Origin: Verrucomicrobiota bacterium
GTDB lineage: Bacteria > Verrucomicrobiota > Verrucomicrobiia > Limisphaerales > SXQI01
Direction of reading: 5' to 3'
Length of the DNA stretch: 64,000 nt
Assembly (NCBI GenBank): GCA_033762115.1
Contig: JANRLX010000071.1
Span: forward strand, 1 to 64,000
Shown one piece after another: positions 1-8,987 of the stretch (positions are counted from its first letter, which is position 1; every line of letters starts with the position of its first letter). The translations under genes were made by a program, and so were the position numbers. The notes beneath the pieces are model-generated. The model ran no database searches. It had not been told where the DNA came from and saw only the letters and a program-made list of their open reading frames with translations.

Positions 1-62
1 GCTTTGCTGGCTGCGGCGGCCTGGGATTGGAGAAGCTTGCGGAGACGTTTGCGTTTGCTCAT
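1..62 (-). CDS. 5' end of a gene running off the window (MSKRKRLRKLLQSQAAAASK...), product unknown
   Basis: ATG (cat at 60-62), frame open to the window edge, AT-rich intergenic region upstream, divergent from sodA; only 20 codons visible. Confidence 0.4.
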   Translation of the reverse strand, partial: MSKRKRLRKLLQSQAAAASK

Positions 63-227
63 AAGATTTGATGATTACAGTGCGATTTATTATTCTGCAT
101 TTGATTCAAACCAAAATTGAGCACACATGTCAACAATAAAAGTTTTAAATAAATATTTTCTGAAAACGAGAGGTTGCCTTGAAAGAGGAAGAGGAGCAAA
201 AAAGAGGATGTTCGTGAAATCCTCCGC

Positions 228-256
228 TTGTATGTGAGGAAAGCGTTTGCTACTTT
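228..256 (+). promoter_or_regulatory. sigma70-type promoter of sodA
   Basis: TTGTAT(228-233)-17 bp-TACTTT(251-256) with extended TG; near-identical motif upstream of the second SOD. Confidence 0.55.
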
Positions 257-318
257 GCAGCGGTACTTTCTTGATAGAAGGGTTTCAGCGGTTAACGAAT
301 GAACAAGGATTAGATATT

Positions 319-933
319 ATGGCGCACGAATTACCACCACTTCCCTACCCCAAAGATGCTTTGGAACCACACATTGATGCTCAAACGATGGAGATCCATC
401 ATGGGAAGCATCACAATGCGTATGTGACGAACCTGAACAAGGCATTGGCAGGGAAGGCTGACCTGGAAGGGAAATCGATTGAGGAATTGATCAGCAACAT
501 GGATGCAATCCCGGCGGACATCCGGAATGTGGTGAGGAACAACGGGGGTGGTCATGCGAACCATTCGATGTTCTGGAAATTGATGGGGCCGAAAGCGGGC
601 GGAGCACCGACAGGCAAGCTGGCGGAGGAGATCAATTCGGTGTTCGGCAGCTTCGATGCGTTCAAGGAAAAGTTCGAAGCGGCCGGGGCTGGGCGATTCG
701 GCAGCGGCTGGGCCTGGTTGATTGTAAACAAACAGGGGAAACTGGAGATCACCTCGACGCCGAACCAGGACAATCCGATCATGGATGGGAACAAGCCTGT
801 GCTGGGATGTGATGTGTGGGAACACGCTTATTATTTGAAATACCAGAATCGCCGGCCTGATTACCTGAAGGCCTGGTGGAATGTGGTGAACTGGAGCGAA
901 GTGAACAAATATTACGAAGCGGCAAAGCGATAA
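319..933 (+). CDS. sodA: Superoxide dismutase, Mn-type
   Basis: [36 protein letters not shown] motifs; start moved to ATG 319 (MAHELPPL). Confidence 0.95.
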   Translation: MAHELPPLPYPKDALEPHIDAQTMEIHHGKHHNAYVTNLNKALAGKADLEGKSIEELISNMDAIPADIRNVVRNNGGGHANHSMFWKLMGPKAGGAPTGKLAEEINSVFGSFDAFKEKFEAAGAGRFGSGWAWLIVNKQGKLEITSTPNQDNPIMDGNKPVLGCDVWEHAYYLKYQNRRPDYLKAWWNVVNWSEVNKYYEAAKR

Positions 934-947
934 GCATTGCGTTTCGG

Positions 948-979
948 GGCACGTCTCGATGAGGGGCGTGCCTTTTTTT
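948..979 (+). terminator. Intrinsic terminator of sodA
   Basis: GGCACGTCTC-gatga-GGGGCGTGCC hairpin followed by T7. Confidence 0.8.
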
Positions 980-1015
980 ATGCCTTGAAGAGGACAGAAA
1001 TTCCAGAAACCGCAG

Positions 1016-3088
1016 CTACGGGGAGGGGGGTCGCAAGTAGCGGGTACGGAAAAAGAGTGCTGGCTCGTGAGAGGCTGGGATCTCAAAAGCCGGAGGCCTG
1101 GAATAATTGGTGGTCACGCTGATCCAATCAATCAAGTTGGTGGATTGTTCAACCACGATGGGCCATCCATCGGAGCTTTCCTGCACTGCCAATTGATTAT
1201 ACCTCGTATAATTCCAGTCGTAACGGAACCCGTTATATTTTAAAGTAGGCGAAACGAGAGGGCTCAAAGTGAAGGAAATATTTCCACCGTTGCCGGATGG
1301 CGCTGAGACTCCAATACAAAACCGTTGTCCTTTGGCAGCACTGAACAATAAGGAATCGAAACTTACCAGGCCGATGTTGGTAGAAAGGTCTGGGCTAAAC
1401 ACATGAATGGTTTCTCCATTGTCCCGCTTAACAAATTTAAGATACCATTCGCCATCGTCAGGCGATTCCCATTCCCACCAGACAGTTCGAGTTGAGCCAT
1501 TGGTGTTCCGCATTATCTCGGGATCTGATGGATCTGAGGTTGCGGCATAAGTCCTTCCAATCACTTTCAGGGGAGTCGATGGAAGCAGAATCCGGTGCTG
1601 AAAGAGATCGTTTGTTGGCGGGGGAGTATGCAGGAGATTCAAAGGCGCAACGCCTGTCGCGCGAGGGTCACTGTCCATCTGGATGTAAAACAGCCCAGGC
1701 TCAGTCATTGGAAAATGAACATGCTGAGTAGCCGCGCTTACAGGCTCCATCATCGGCAAGTCATTGGCATCACTCTTAAAAAGAGCGTAAACAGGTTCAA
1801 AAACCGGTTCGGGATATAGATCAAAGAGTTTCCCGCACATATCCGAACCAGTGTCTTGCCCATTGTGGCCTTCGTGGTTCTCATATGAAGGGTCGTCATA
1901 CCTGATCGGCTCAAGAGGTGTCACTTGCACAATGCCAATATTGGGGGACCTCCATTTAAACCAAATTGAGTTTGCCTCTGAATTATCAGGTAAAATCAGG
2001 GTCCGGTGGTGTTGCATCCAAAGGGGTTCTGCCTGGAGTGCGCTCCAATCCACACCCAACAGCGGCTCGGCGGGACGATGGGTGGAAGCCCGGTTATCGG
2101 CAGATGTTTTCACCTCAAAGCCTGACAATTCGATGGCACCTTCAGGTGCGTCATTGACAGGAGCAGCCATGAATTGAAATTCCATCGAGCCGAGGAGGTT
2201 TGTCATTGCCGGGAATCGATCAATTTGGATTTGGTAGATGACTCCAGGGATTGTGTCCCATCTTACCTGCTGTTTTGCGGATTCAAAGATGACGCATTCA
2301 TTTCCTAACTGCGTTGCAGAAGTGGCGATCAGCTTTTGAGAGTTGCTTGAAGTCGTGACATAAATTCCAGCCAACGCAGGGGCATTTGAATCCATGCTCC
2401 GGAGTATGGCAGTACCGAAACCAGGGCTTTGCCATTTCCACCATAAGGTTTGGCCGACCACTTGAGGGACGATTTTCGGTTCTGAAAGAGATTCAAAGGT
2501 TGCGGAGGACAGATCGTAATCGAGGAGATGATTTGTCCCGGAAATCTCTTTGGCAGCGGAGTAATGATCGTTCGATGGGGCATCCGCTCCGAGAGGCTTG
2601 AAATTCACTGATACCGGGAATGACGCCACCGAATACCACCCTGTTGGTTTGAGCCTGATGGCATAGGTTCTGCCTTCAAGGAAATGAACGATTCCCAAGG
2701 GGTCAGATTTGGGAGGATCGATCAATAGAGTCGTTGGGCTTCGCTGATAACTGGCGGCCACCAGGTTGGATCCACCTGAGTCTGTGACTTCGAAAATATT
2801 GACGAACCCATAGTCAAAATTTGTCGCAGTCCAGCGATAGGTGCTATTGGAAGGGCTATGCCATTTCCACCAGCGTTCTTCATCATACGCCACGTGGTTG
2901 GTGGCAAAGCCCGCCTGGAGTTCAAATTCGGCGCCGGTCAGTTCAATGGCGGTGGCGAAGCTGTTGTTCGTGGTTACGAGGTCCTCAGCCGTGGAGGCAG
3001 GCCGACCAAGCAGCAGGAAAATCAAAATGAACAAGTTCCGCAAAAGGAACAGGTAGAGGGGCAGTTTTCGGATCTTAAATGGCGCCAT
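1016..3088 (-). CDS. Secreted protein with four NDxF...WWxWxSP beta-domain repeats and a C-terminal ExSTNLxxW...FFR motif
   Basis: Hydrophobic signal peptide; repeats ERWWKWHSP, TLWWKWQSP, SIWFKWRSP, TVWWEWESP; start uncertain (3088 or 3100). Confidence 0.75.
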   Translation of the reverse strand: MAPFKIRKLPLYLFLLRNLFILIFLLLGRPASTAEDLVTTNNSFATAIELTGAEFELQAGFATNHVAYDEERWWKWHSPSNSTYRWTATNFDYGFVNIFEVTDSGGSNLVAASYQRSPTTLLIDPPKSDPLGIVHFLEGRTYAIRLKPTGWYSVASFPVSVNFKPLGADAPSNDHYSAAKEISGTNHLLDYDLSSATFESLSEPKIVPQVVGQTLWWKWQSPGFGTAILRSMDSNAPALAGIYVTTSSNSQKLIATSATQLGNECVIFESAKQQVRWDTIPGVIYQIQIDRFPAMTNLLGSMEFQFMAAPVNDAPEGAIELSGFEVKTSADNRASTHRPAEPLLGVDWSALQAEPLWMQHHRTLILPDNSEANSIWFKWRSPNIGIVQVTPLEPIRYDDPSYENHEGHNGQDTGSDMCGKLFDLYPEPVFEPVYALFKSDANDLPMMEPVSAATQHVHFPMTEPGLFYIQMDSDPRATGVAPLNLLHTPPPTNDLFQHRILLPSTPLKVIGRTYAATSDPSDPEIMRNTNGSTRTVWWEWESPDDGEWYLKFVKRDNGETIHVFSPDLSTNIGLVSFDSLLFSAAKGQRFCIGVSAPSGNGGNISFTLSPLVSPTLKYNGFRYDWNYTRYNQLAVQESSDGWPIVVEQSTNLIDWISVTTNYSRPPAFEIPASHEPALFFRTRYLRPPSP

Positions 3089-3177
3089 GTGCGCTGGCAC
3101 TCTATTAGAGGCGAGGAGAATGACCAGCTTTATTTACAGGATGTAAATTATATGAGTAATCCCGTAACTCCCCGCTC

Positions 3178-3206
3178 TTGTGCAGGGTGGGAGCGTTTGC
3201 TACCTT
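3178..3206 (+). promoter_or_regulatory. sigma70-type promoter upstream of the second SOD
   Basis: TTGTGC(3178-3183)-17 bp-TACCTT(3201-3206); shares AGCGTTTGCTACyTTG with the sodA promoter. Confidence 0.5.
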
Positions 3207-3272
3207 GTTAACGTTCTACAAAAAGGATGGTAAGGAAGTTTTGATGGCACGCCTGGATGAGGGCGTTTTTTT

Positions 3273-3887
3273 ATGGCCTATCAGTACGTCAATAAACAGG
3301 AAACCCTGCTGGGAAAGGTCTATGGAAAGACGGGCAAGATTTCCGACCGGACGCATGAGGAGCATTTGAAGCTTTATTCCGGGTATGTGACGCGGGCGAA
3401 TGGAATATTGAAGGAGCTTGAGGAACTTGCGGGAGTGATCGACCCGGCCAATGCCGCGCATGCAAACCAGACCTACAGCGTGATGCGTTCATTGAAGGTG
3501 GAACTGCCTTTTGCAGTGGGAGGGATCATCAATCATGAGTTGTATTTCTCGGTCCTGGGGGGCACAGGGGGAAAGCCAGAAGGAACGATTTACGACCTGA
3601 TCACGCGGAGTTTTGGAACGGCGGAGAAATTTTTCAAGGATTTGAAGGTCTCGGCGTTATGCGCGCGGGGCTGGGTGTGGACGGGGTTCGACGCGAAAAC
3701 GGGGCAATTGTTTAATTATATTGGAGATTCGCAAAATACTTTTCCGGTCTGGGGGGTGAAGCCGGTGCTGGCGCTGGATATGTATGAGCATGCCTATTTT
3801 GCGGATTTTTTTACGGCACGCGGGGTGTATATTGATGAATTCATCGCGCACCTGGATTGGAATGCGGTGAACGCGAACCTGCTTTGA
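3273..3887 (+). CDS. Divergent Fe/Mn-family superoxide dismutase
   Basis: Metal ligands in HEEHLKLY, NHELYF and LALDMYEHAYF. Confidence 0.85.
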   Translation: MAYQYVNKQETLLGKVYGKTGKISDRTHEEHLKLYSGYVTRANGILKELEELAGVIDPANAAHANQTYSVMRSLKVELPFAVGGIINHELYFSVLGGTGGKPEGTIYDLITRSFGTAEKFFKDLKVSALCARGWVWTGFDAKTGQLFNYIGDSQNTFPVWGVKPVLALDMYEHAYFADFFTARGVYIDEFIAHLDWNAVNANLL

Positions 3888-3944
3888 CCCGCACGCCTGG
3901 GAGAAAAAATTTTACACCTGTGTGTTGATTCGTAACATTGCAGG

Positions 3945-4211
3945 ATGTCGAAAGCGCCGGTGAAAAAGAAAAAAGCGATTTTGGTAGGGGTGGGCCTGGA
4001 TTCCGATGGGCACAAACGTGTGACCACGGGAGATAATTTTGCGCTGGTGGGGGGGAGCAAGGAAACCCACGAAGTGATGACGGAGAAAGCGATCAAGATC
4101 AACGAAAAGCTTGCGGCCAAAGGGAAGCAGCTGGAAGAGGTCAGCCGGGAGGAGTTTGACGACATTGCGCATTCGGTGGGGTTGGTCCCGCATCGTCCGC
4201 AGAACAATTGA
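3945..4211 (+). CDS. Small hypothetical protein (GVGLDSDGHKRVT...GGSKETHE)
   Basis: Compact 88-aa ORF ending 3 bp before rsmI; own -10 TAACAT 6 nt before the ATG. Confidence 0.75.
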   Translation: MSKAPVKKKKAILVGVGLDSDGHKRVTTGDNFALVGGSKETHEVMTEKAIKINEKLAAKGKQLEEVSREEFDDIAHSVGLVPHRPQNN

Positions 4212-4214
4212 TTC

Positions 4215-4976
4215 ATGGGGACGCCGGAGCAGCAACCCGCCTCCGCGTTACCGCCCCTGAGGCCTTCAACGCTTTACCTGGTGGCAACTCCAATAGGGAA
4301 CCTGGAGGATATTACCCTGCGGGCGCTGAGGACACTTCGGGAAGTGGATGTGATCGCAGCGGAAGACACAAGGCGAACAAGCCAGTTGCTGCGGCATTTC
4401 GAGATCAGCAAACCGTTGATCAGTTATTTCAAGTTCAACGAGGCGAAGCGGGAAGAGGAGATTCTGGACCGATTGCGGCGGGGGGAAAAAGTCGCGCTGG
4501 TGACGGACGCAGGGACGCCGGGGATCAGCGATCCGGGAGAACGGGTGGTGCGGGCGGCGGTAGCGGCGGGGTGGAAAGTGGAGTCAATCCCGGGGCCGTG
4601 CGCCTTGATCGCAGCGGTGACAGCGAGCGGATTGCGGACGGATGAATTTCATTTCATTGGATTTCTTCCGCACAAAAGCGGGCAGCGGTTGAAGCGGCTG
4701 GAACAATTGCGGAACGTTGGCGGGACGCTGGTTTTCTATGAATCGCCCTACCGGATCGAAAAATTGCTCGGTGAACTGGCGGATTGTTTCCCGGGGGCGA
4801 GGATGGTGCTGGCAAGGGAGCTGACGAAGAAATTCGAGGAGTACCTGCGGGGAAGCCCGGAGGAATTGCTGGAGGAGGTCCGGAAAAAAGCGCGGAAGGG
4901 GGAATTCGTGGTGATGGTGGAGCGTGGAGAGGCTGAAGCAAGGGAGGAAGAGGAAGCGGAGGATGAGGGGCGGTAG
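4215..4976 (+). CDS. rsmI: 16S rRNA (cytidine1402-2'-O)-methyltransferase
   Basis: LYLVATPIGNLEDIT, AEDTR, DAGTPGISDPG, YESPYR, ARELTK. Confidence 0.95.
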   Translation: MGTPEQQPASALPPLRPSTLYLVATPIGNLEDITLRALRTLREVDVIAAEDTRRTSQLLRHFEISKPLISYFKFNEAKREEEILDRLRRGEKVALVTDAGTPGISDPGERVVRAAVAAGWKVESIPGPCALIAAVTASGLRTDEFHFIGFLPHKSGQRLKRLEQLRNVGGTLVFYESPYRIEKLLGELADCFPGARMVLARELTKKFEEYLRGSPEELLEEVRKKARKGEFVVMVERGEAEAREEEEAEDEGR

Positions 4977-5067
4977 ATTGTAAAAATACTTGCGGGGAAG
5001 AGTTGGGTTGTTACATTCATGTTCCAAATGAACCACCTGTTTGGTGGTTTTTTGCTTTTTAACGCGC

Positions 5068-6012
5068 GTGAAAATTTTTAGCGGATCGTCCAATCAACCC
5101 CTGGCAAGCTCAATTTGCGCATCGATTGGCGTTGAGCTGGGAAAATGCACATTGTCAGCATTTCCTGACGGGGAAACGTTCGTCAAAATTGAGGAGAATG
5201 TGCGAGGTGAGGATGTGTTCGTGGTGCAATCCACCTGCCCCCCGACGAACCATAACCTGATGGAGATGTTCATCATGATGGATGCGTTGCGACGGGCGAG
5301 CGCGTCCCGGATCACGGCTGTGATGCCGTTTTATGGTTACGCGAGGCAGGACCGGAAAGATCAGCCACGGGTGCCGATCACAGCAAAACTGGTGGCGAAC
5401 CTGATTGTGGCAGCGGGAGCGAACCGGGTTTTGGCGATGGACCTGCACGCGCAGCAAATCCAGGGGTTTTTCGATATTCCTGTGGACCATTTGTATGCGG
5501 CGCCGGTGATGTATGAATATTTGCGGACCAAAAAATTAACTGACCTGGTGGTGGTAAGCCCGGATGTGGGCGGGTTAAAAATGGCGCATGCCTATTCGCA
5601 GGTGCTGGAGGCGGGGCTGGCGATTGTGGCCAAACGAAGGAAAAGCGCGACGGAGGTGGAATCGATGGATGTGATCGGGGATATTGAGGGGAAATGTATT
5701 TTGATGGTGGATGACCTGACGGAAACTGCCGGGACGCTGACCTCGGCGGCGGCGCTTTTGCGGAAGCGTGGGGCGCGGCAGGTTTTGGCCTGTGTTTCGC
5801 ATGCGATCCTGAATGACATCGGAATTGAAAGATTGCGAAAATCAAATATTGACGAAGTGATAACTACTGATACTGTTCTCCGCCCTGCCATAGACGGGGT
5901 AAAGATTACCACGTTATCCGTAGCGGGTTTGTTGGGCGAAGCCATCAAGCGAATTCATACGAATTCGTCTGTCACTTCGCTCTTTGAATTTAAGGGTGGG
6001 CGCACCAGTTGA
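5068..6012 (+). CDS. prs: Ribose-phosphate pyrophosphokinase
   Basis: FPDGE, YGYARQDRK, DLHAQQIQGFF, VSPDVGG, VDDLTETAGT; likely GTG start at 5068. Confidence 0.95.
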   Translation: MKIFSGSSNQPLASSICASIGVELGKCTLSAFPDGETFVKIEENVRGEDVFVVQSTCPPTNHNLMEMFIMMDALRRASASRITAVMPFYGYARQDRKDQPRVPITAKLVANLIVAAGANRVLAMDLHAQQIQGFFDIPVDHLYAAPVMYEYLRTKKLTDLVVVSPDVGGLKMAHAYSQVLEAGLAIVAKRRKSATEVESMDVIGDIEGKCILMVDDLTETAGTLTSAAALLRKRGARQVLACVSHAILNDIGIERLRKSNIDEVITTDTVLRPAIDGVKITTLSVAGLLGEAIKRIHTNSSVTSLFEFKGGRTS

Positions 6013-6101
6013 AGATGATTCAACGGTGAACAGGTTGAGAAGCGAACCAGAGAAAAGCTTCCAACCGGTGAAAATCCGCGCTCTGGCGACTGAATAATAA
6101 A

Positions 6102-6821
6102 ATGAAATCTGTATCGTTGACAGCGTATCCCCGAACTGTGTTGAAACGGTTGGGAGTCAAAAAACTTCGCAGTTCGGGACGAGTGCCCGCAGTGATTTAC
6201 GGGCGGCACAATCCGCCAAAGAATTTGGAAATTGACCAGCGGGACCTTGAAAACCTGATCCATGGATCGGTTTCAGAGAACGTCCTGGTGGATTTGTCTG
6301 TCAACGGGGCGAATACTTCCAGGCACCTGGCGCTGGTGCAGGAAATCCAGCATCATGCCTTGAGCGGCAAGCCTTTGCATGTTGACCTGCATGAAGTTGC
6401 AGAAAATGAAAAGGTGACCATCCTGGTGCCGGTGGAGTCCACGGGCGAAGCAGCCGGGGTGAAAACCGGCGGCGGTACCCTGGAACATGTTCTGTTCCGC
6501 CTGAAGGTGCGCGCGCTGCCACGCGATTTGCCAGAGCAGATCACGGTGGACGTTTCGAGCCTTGAAATCGGCAAATCCATTCACATCGGGGATATCCAGG
6601 CTCCTGCCGGGGTCGAAATCCTTGGTGACAAGAAAGTGACTGTCTTCTCCGTGGCGGCTCCGTTGACGGAAGCGCAGGTTGCAGCGGCTGATGCCGCCGC
6701 TGCCGGGACCACAGCAACCCAGCCTGAAATGATCAAGGAGAAGAAGGAAGAAGGCGCAACGGACGCGAAAGCGGCTGACGCCAAAGGCGGGGACAAAAAG
6801 CCTGCTGAAAAGAAAAAGTAA
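6102..6821 (+). CDS. rplY: 50S ribosomal protein L25/Ctc
   Basis: GRVPAVIYG, LHVDL, GVKTGG, PEQITVDVS; prs-rplY-pth synteny. Confidence 0.95.
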   Translation: MKSVSLTAYPRTVLKRLGVKKLRSSGRVPAVIYGRHNPPKNLEIDQRDLENLIHGSVSENVLVDLSVNGANTSRHLALVQEIQHHALSGKPLHVDLHEVAENEKVTILVPVESTGEAAGVKTGGGTLEHVLFRLKVRALPRDLPEQITVDVSSLEIGKSIHIGDIQAPAGVEILGDKKVTVFSVAAPLTEAQVAAADAAAAGTTATQPEMIKEKKEEGATDAKAADAKGGDKKPAEKKK

Positions 6822-6869
6822 TGAGTTTCCAGTGGGACTGAACATTTGTCTGGTCCCACTTTCCGTGTC

Positions 6870-7478
6870 ATGGACAATCTGCACCTGATTGTCGGGCTTG
6901 GGAATCCGGGCACGGAATATGAGCTGACGCGTCATAATGCGGGGTTCCTTGCGGTGGAGGAACTGGGTCGGCATTGGCAGGCGGTTTGGAAGATGGAGAA
7001 CCGCTTCAAGGCACGGGTGGGGAAATGTGAGTGGCAGGGAAAGAAGTTCCTGCTGGCGGAACCGCAGACCTACATGAATTGCAGCGGGGAAAGCGTGGGG
7101 CCGCTGGTTCAGTTTTATCGGTTGCCTTTGAGGCAGGTTGTGGTTGTAGTGGATGATGCGGATTTGCCGCTGGGACAGATACGGTTGCGACCGGGTGGAT
7201 CAAGCGGTGGCCATCATGGTCTTGACTCGGTGGAGAAATATTTGGGGACGCGGGATTATGCGCGCCTGCGGATAGGGATCGGGCGGTCGGTTCCCGGTGT
7301 GCGTGAGATCCATGGCCATGTGCTGGGGCGGTTTGCGCCGGATGAGTGGGATTTGTTCCAGATGGTTTTGAAGCGAACAAGTGCACAACTGGAAAGCTGG
7401 GCCAGTGAAGGGCTTGAGCGAGCGATGAATCAATTTAACGGGGCCGTCAAAGGCCCAACGACAAAGGAAACGAAGTGA
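6870..7478 (+). CDS. pth: Peptidyl-tRNA hydrolase
   Basis: IVGLGNPG, TRHNAGF, PQTYMN, GGHHGL, RLRIGIG. Confidence 0.95.
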   Translation: MDNLHLIVGLGNPGTEYELTRHNAGFLAVEELGRHWQAVWKMENRFKARVGKCEWQGKKFLLAEPQTYMNCSGESVGPLVQFYRLPLRQVVVVVDDADLPLGQIRLRPGGSSGGHHGLDSVEKYLGTRDYARLRIGIGRSVPGVREIHGHVLGRFAPDEWDLFQMVLKRTSAQLESWASEGLERAMNQFNGAVKGPTTKETK

Positions 7479-7783
7479 AAAGATACGAAGGCTTGTTTAT
7501 TTTAAATACAGCCGGACGCGAAGAAGGGATCAAGGAAATGATCGACAAGCTGTCGGCTGAAATCACCAGCCTTGGCGGCAAAGTCGAGACTGTGCAGAAG
7601 ATGGACAAGCGGGCTTTCTCGCGGGTTTCTGACAAGAAGTACACGTCCGGTTTTTATACCAACGTGATTTTCGAGGCAGATCCAGCCACTGTCAGCCAGC
7701 TCCGGACCCGTTTCTCGTTGAACGACGAGGTGTTCCGGGTGATGTTCACGGAAGCGCCTGTCCCGAAAGCTGCGGTCGCCTGA
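7475..7783 (+). CDS. rpsF: 30S ribosomal protein S6
   Basis: MKRYEGLFIL...VFRVM; size and position before ssb. Confidence 0.9.
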   Translation: MKRYEGLFILNTAGREEGIKEMIDKLSAEITSLGGKVETVQKMDKRAFSRVSDKKYTSGFYTNVIFEADPATVSQLRTRFSLNDEVFRVMFTEAPVPKAAVA

Positions 7784-7792
7784 TCTTGACCT

Positions 7793-8257
7793 ATGCGGGG
7801 ATTCAACAAGGTCATTCTCATTGGCAATCTGACACGTGACCCGGAATTGCGGTACACGCCGAAGGGAACTGCCGTTGCGAAGCTGGGCCTTGCGGTGAAC
7901 CGCTCGTGGCGGACCGAGACCGGGGAGATGAAGGAGGAAGTGACCTTTGTGGATGTCGATGCGTTTGGCAAACAGGCCGAAACCATCGGACAGTACCTCA
8001 AGAAGGGTCGCCCTTTGCTGGTGGAAGGAAGGTTGAAGCTGGACAGCTGGGAAGACAAACAGACGAACCAGAAGAAGAGTCGTTTGGGAGTGGTCCTGGA
8101 AACATTCCAGTTCCTGGATTCCGGCCAGACGCGGGAAGGTGGGCAAGGAGGAGGCAATTACGAAGCTCCACGCGCCCGGAATGCCGCGCCCTCCACTGCC
8201 GCCCCTGCGGTTGAAAGCGACGATATCCCGCCCGAAGAAGATGATGTCCCATTTTAA
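7793..8257 (+). CDS. ssb: Single-stranded DNA-binding protein
   Basis: NKVILIGNLTRDPELRYT; C-terminal DDVPF. Confidence 0.97.
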   Translation: MRGFNKVILIGNLTRDPELRYTPKGTAVAKLGLAVNRSWRTETGEMKEEVTFVDVDAFGKQAETIGQYLKKGRPLLVEGRLKLDSWEDKQTNQKKSRLGVVLETFQFLDSGQTREGGQGGGNYEAPRARNAAPSTAAPAVESDDIPPEEDDVPF

Positions 8258-8273
8258 GTAGAAGGAATTTACC

Positions 8274-8867
8274 ATGCCGAAAACAGAAGTTATTCTCACA
8301 CAACATGTCGTTGGCCTTGGTGGCGAATCGGACCAGGTCCGGGTTGCCGCCGGTTATGCGCGCAATTTTCTCCTGCCACAGGGTTTGGCGATTCCCCTGA
8401 CGCAATCGAACAAACGCCGCCTGGAAGCGTTGAAGCAGAAGCGGGCGGAACGTGAAGCCAAGGAACTCAATTCCATGAGTGAACTGGCCGCAGCCCTTTC
8501 CAAGCTGACGCTGGTGATCAAAATGAAAACTGGCGAAGATGGAAAATTGTTCGGCTCGGTGACTGCCGGAACGATTGCCGATGAGTTGAACACCCAATAC
8601 GAAGCGGTGCTCGACAAGAAGAAGATTCACCTGCCGCAACCGATCAAGTCATTGGGTGAGCAGGAAGTGGAACTTCGCCTGCATTCCGACGTGACGACCA
8701 AGCTGAAAGTCCGGGTGGAAAGCACCACTCCCGCCCCGGAACCGGTCGCTGCCGCCGAGCCAAAGGGTAAAGGTGGAAAATCGGCCTCCGCACCGGCAAA
8801 GGCTGAAGCCAAATCGGAGAAAAAGGATACCGCGCCACGAACTGAAAAAGGCGCGAAAAAGAAGTAA
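8274..8867 (+). CDS. rplI: 50S ribosomal protein L9
   Basis: VAAGYARNFLLPQGLA, GKLFGSVT; Lys/Ala-rich tail. Confidence 0.95.
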   Translation: MPKTEVILTQHVVGLGGESDQVRVAAGYARNFLLPQGLAIPLTQSNKRRLEALKQKRAEREAKELNSMSELAAALSKLTLVIKMKTGEDGKLFGSVTAGTIADELNTQYEAVLDKKKIHLPQPIKSLGEQEVELRLHSDVTTKLKVRVESTTPAPEPVAAAEPKGKGGKSASAPAKAEAKSEKKDTAPRTEKGAKKK

Positions 8868-8882
8868 TTGGCTGATGATTTC

Positions 8883-8920
8883 AAAACCCTGCCATTCCGG
8901 TGGCAGGGTTTTTTGTTTTT
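8883..8920 (+). terminator. Intrinsic terminator of the prs-rplI operon
   Basis: AAAACCCTGCCA-ttccgg-TGGCAGGGTTTT followed by a T-tract. Confidence 0.85.
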
Positions 8921-8987
8921 GATCCGGCAGGGAGCGGCCCAATTGCTGCTTGCAAGAATGGTGCAAAGAACTTAATTTCAGCGGTCT

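Noticed and set aside
3131..3158. TATTTACAGGA-TGTAAA-TTATATGAGTA resembling a XerC/D dif site
   Set aside because: Only partial arm matches, no partner site on the other side of the neighbouring gene, and far from the apparent skew switch
6831..6862. Hairpin AGTGGGAC...GTCCCACT between rplY and pth
   Set aside because: No real T-tract; probably an ordinary intra-operon stabiliser
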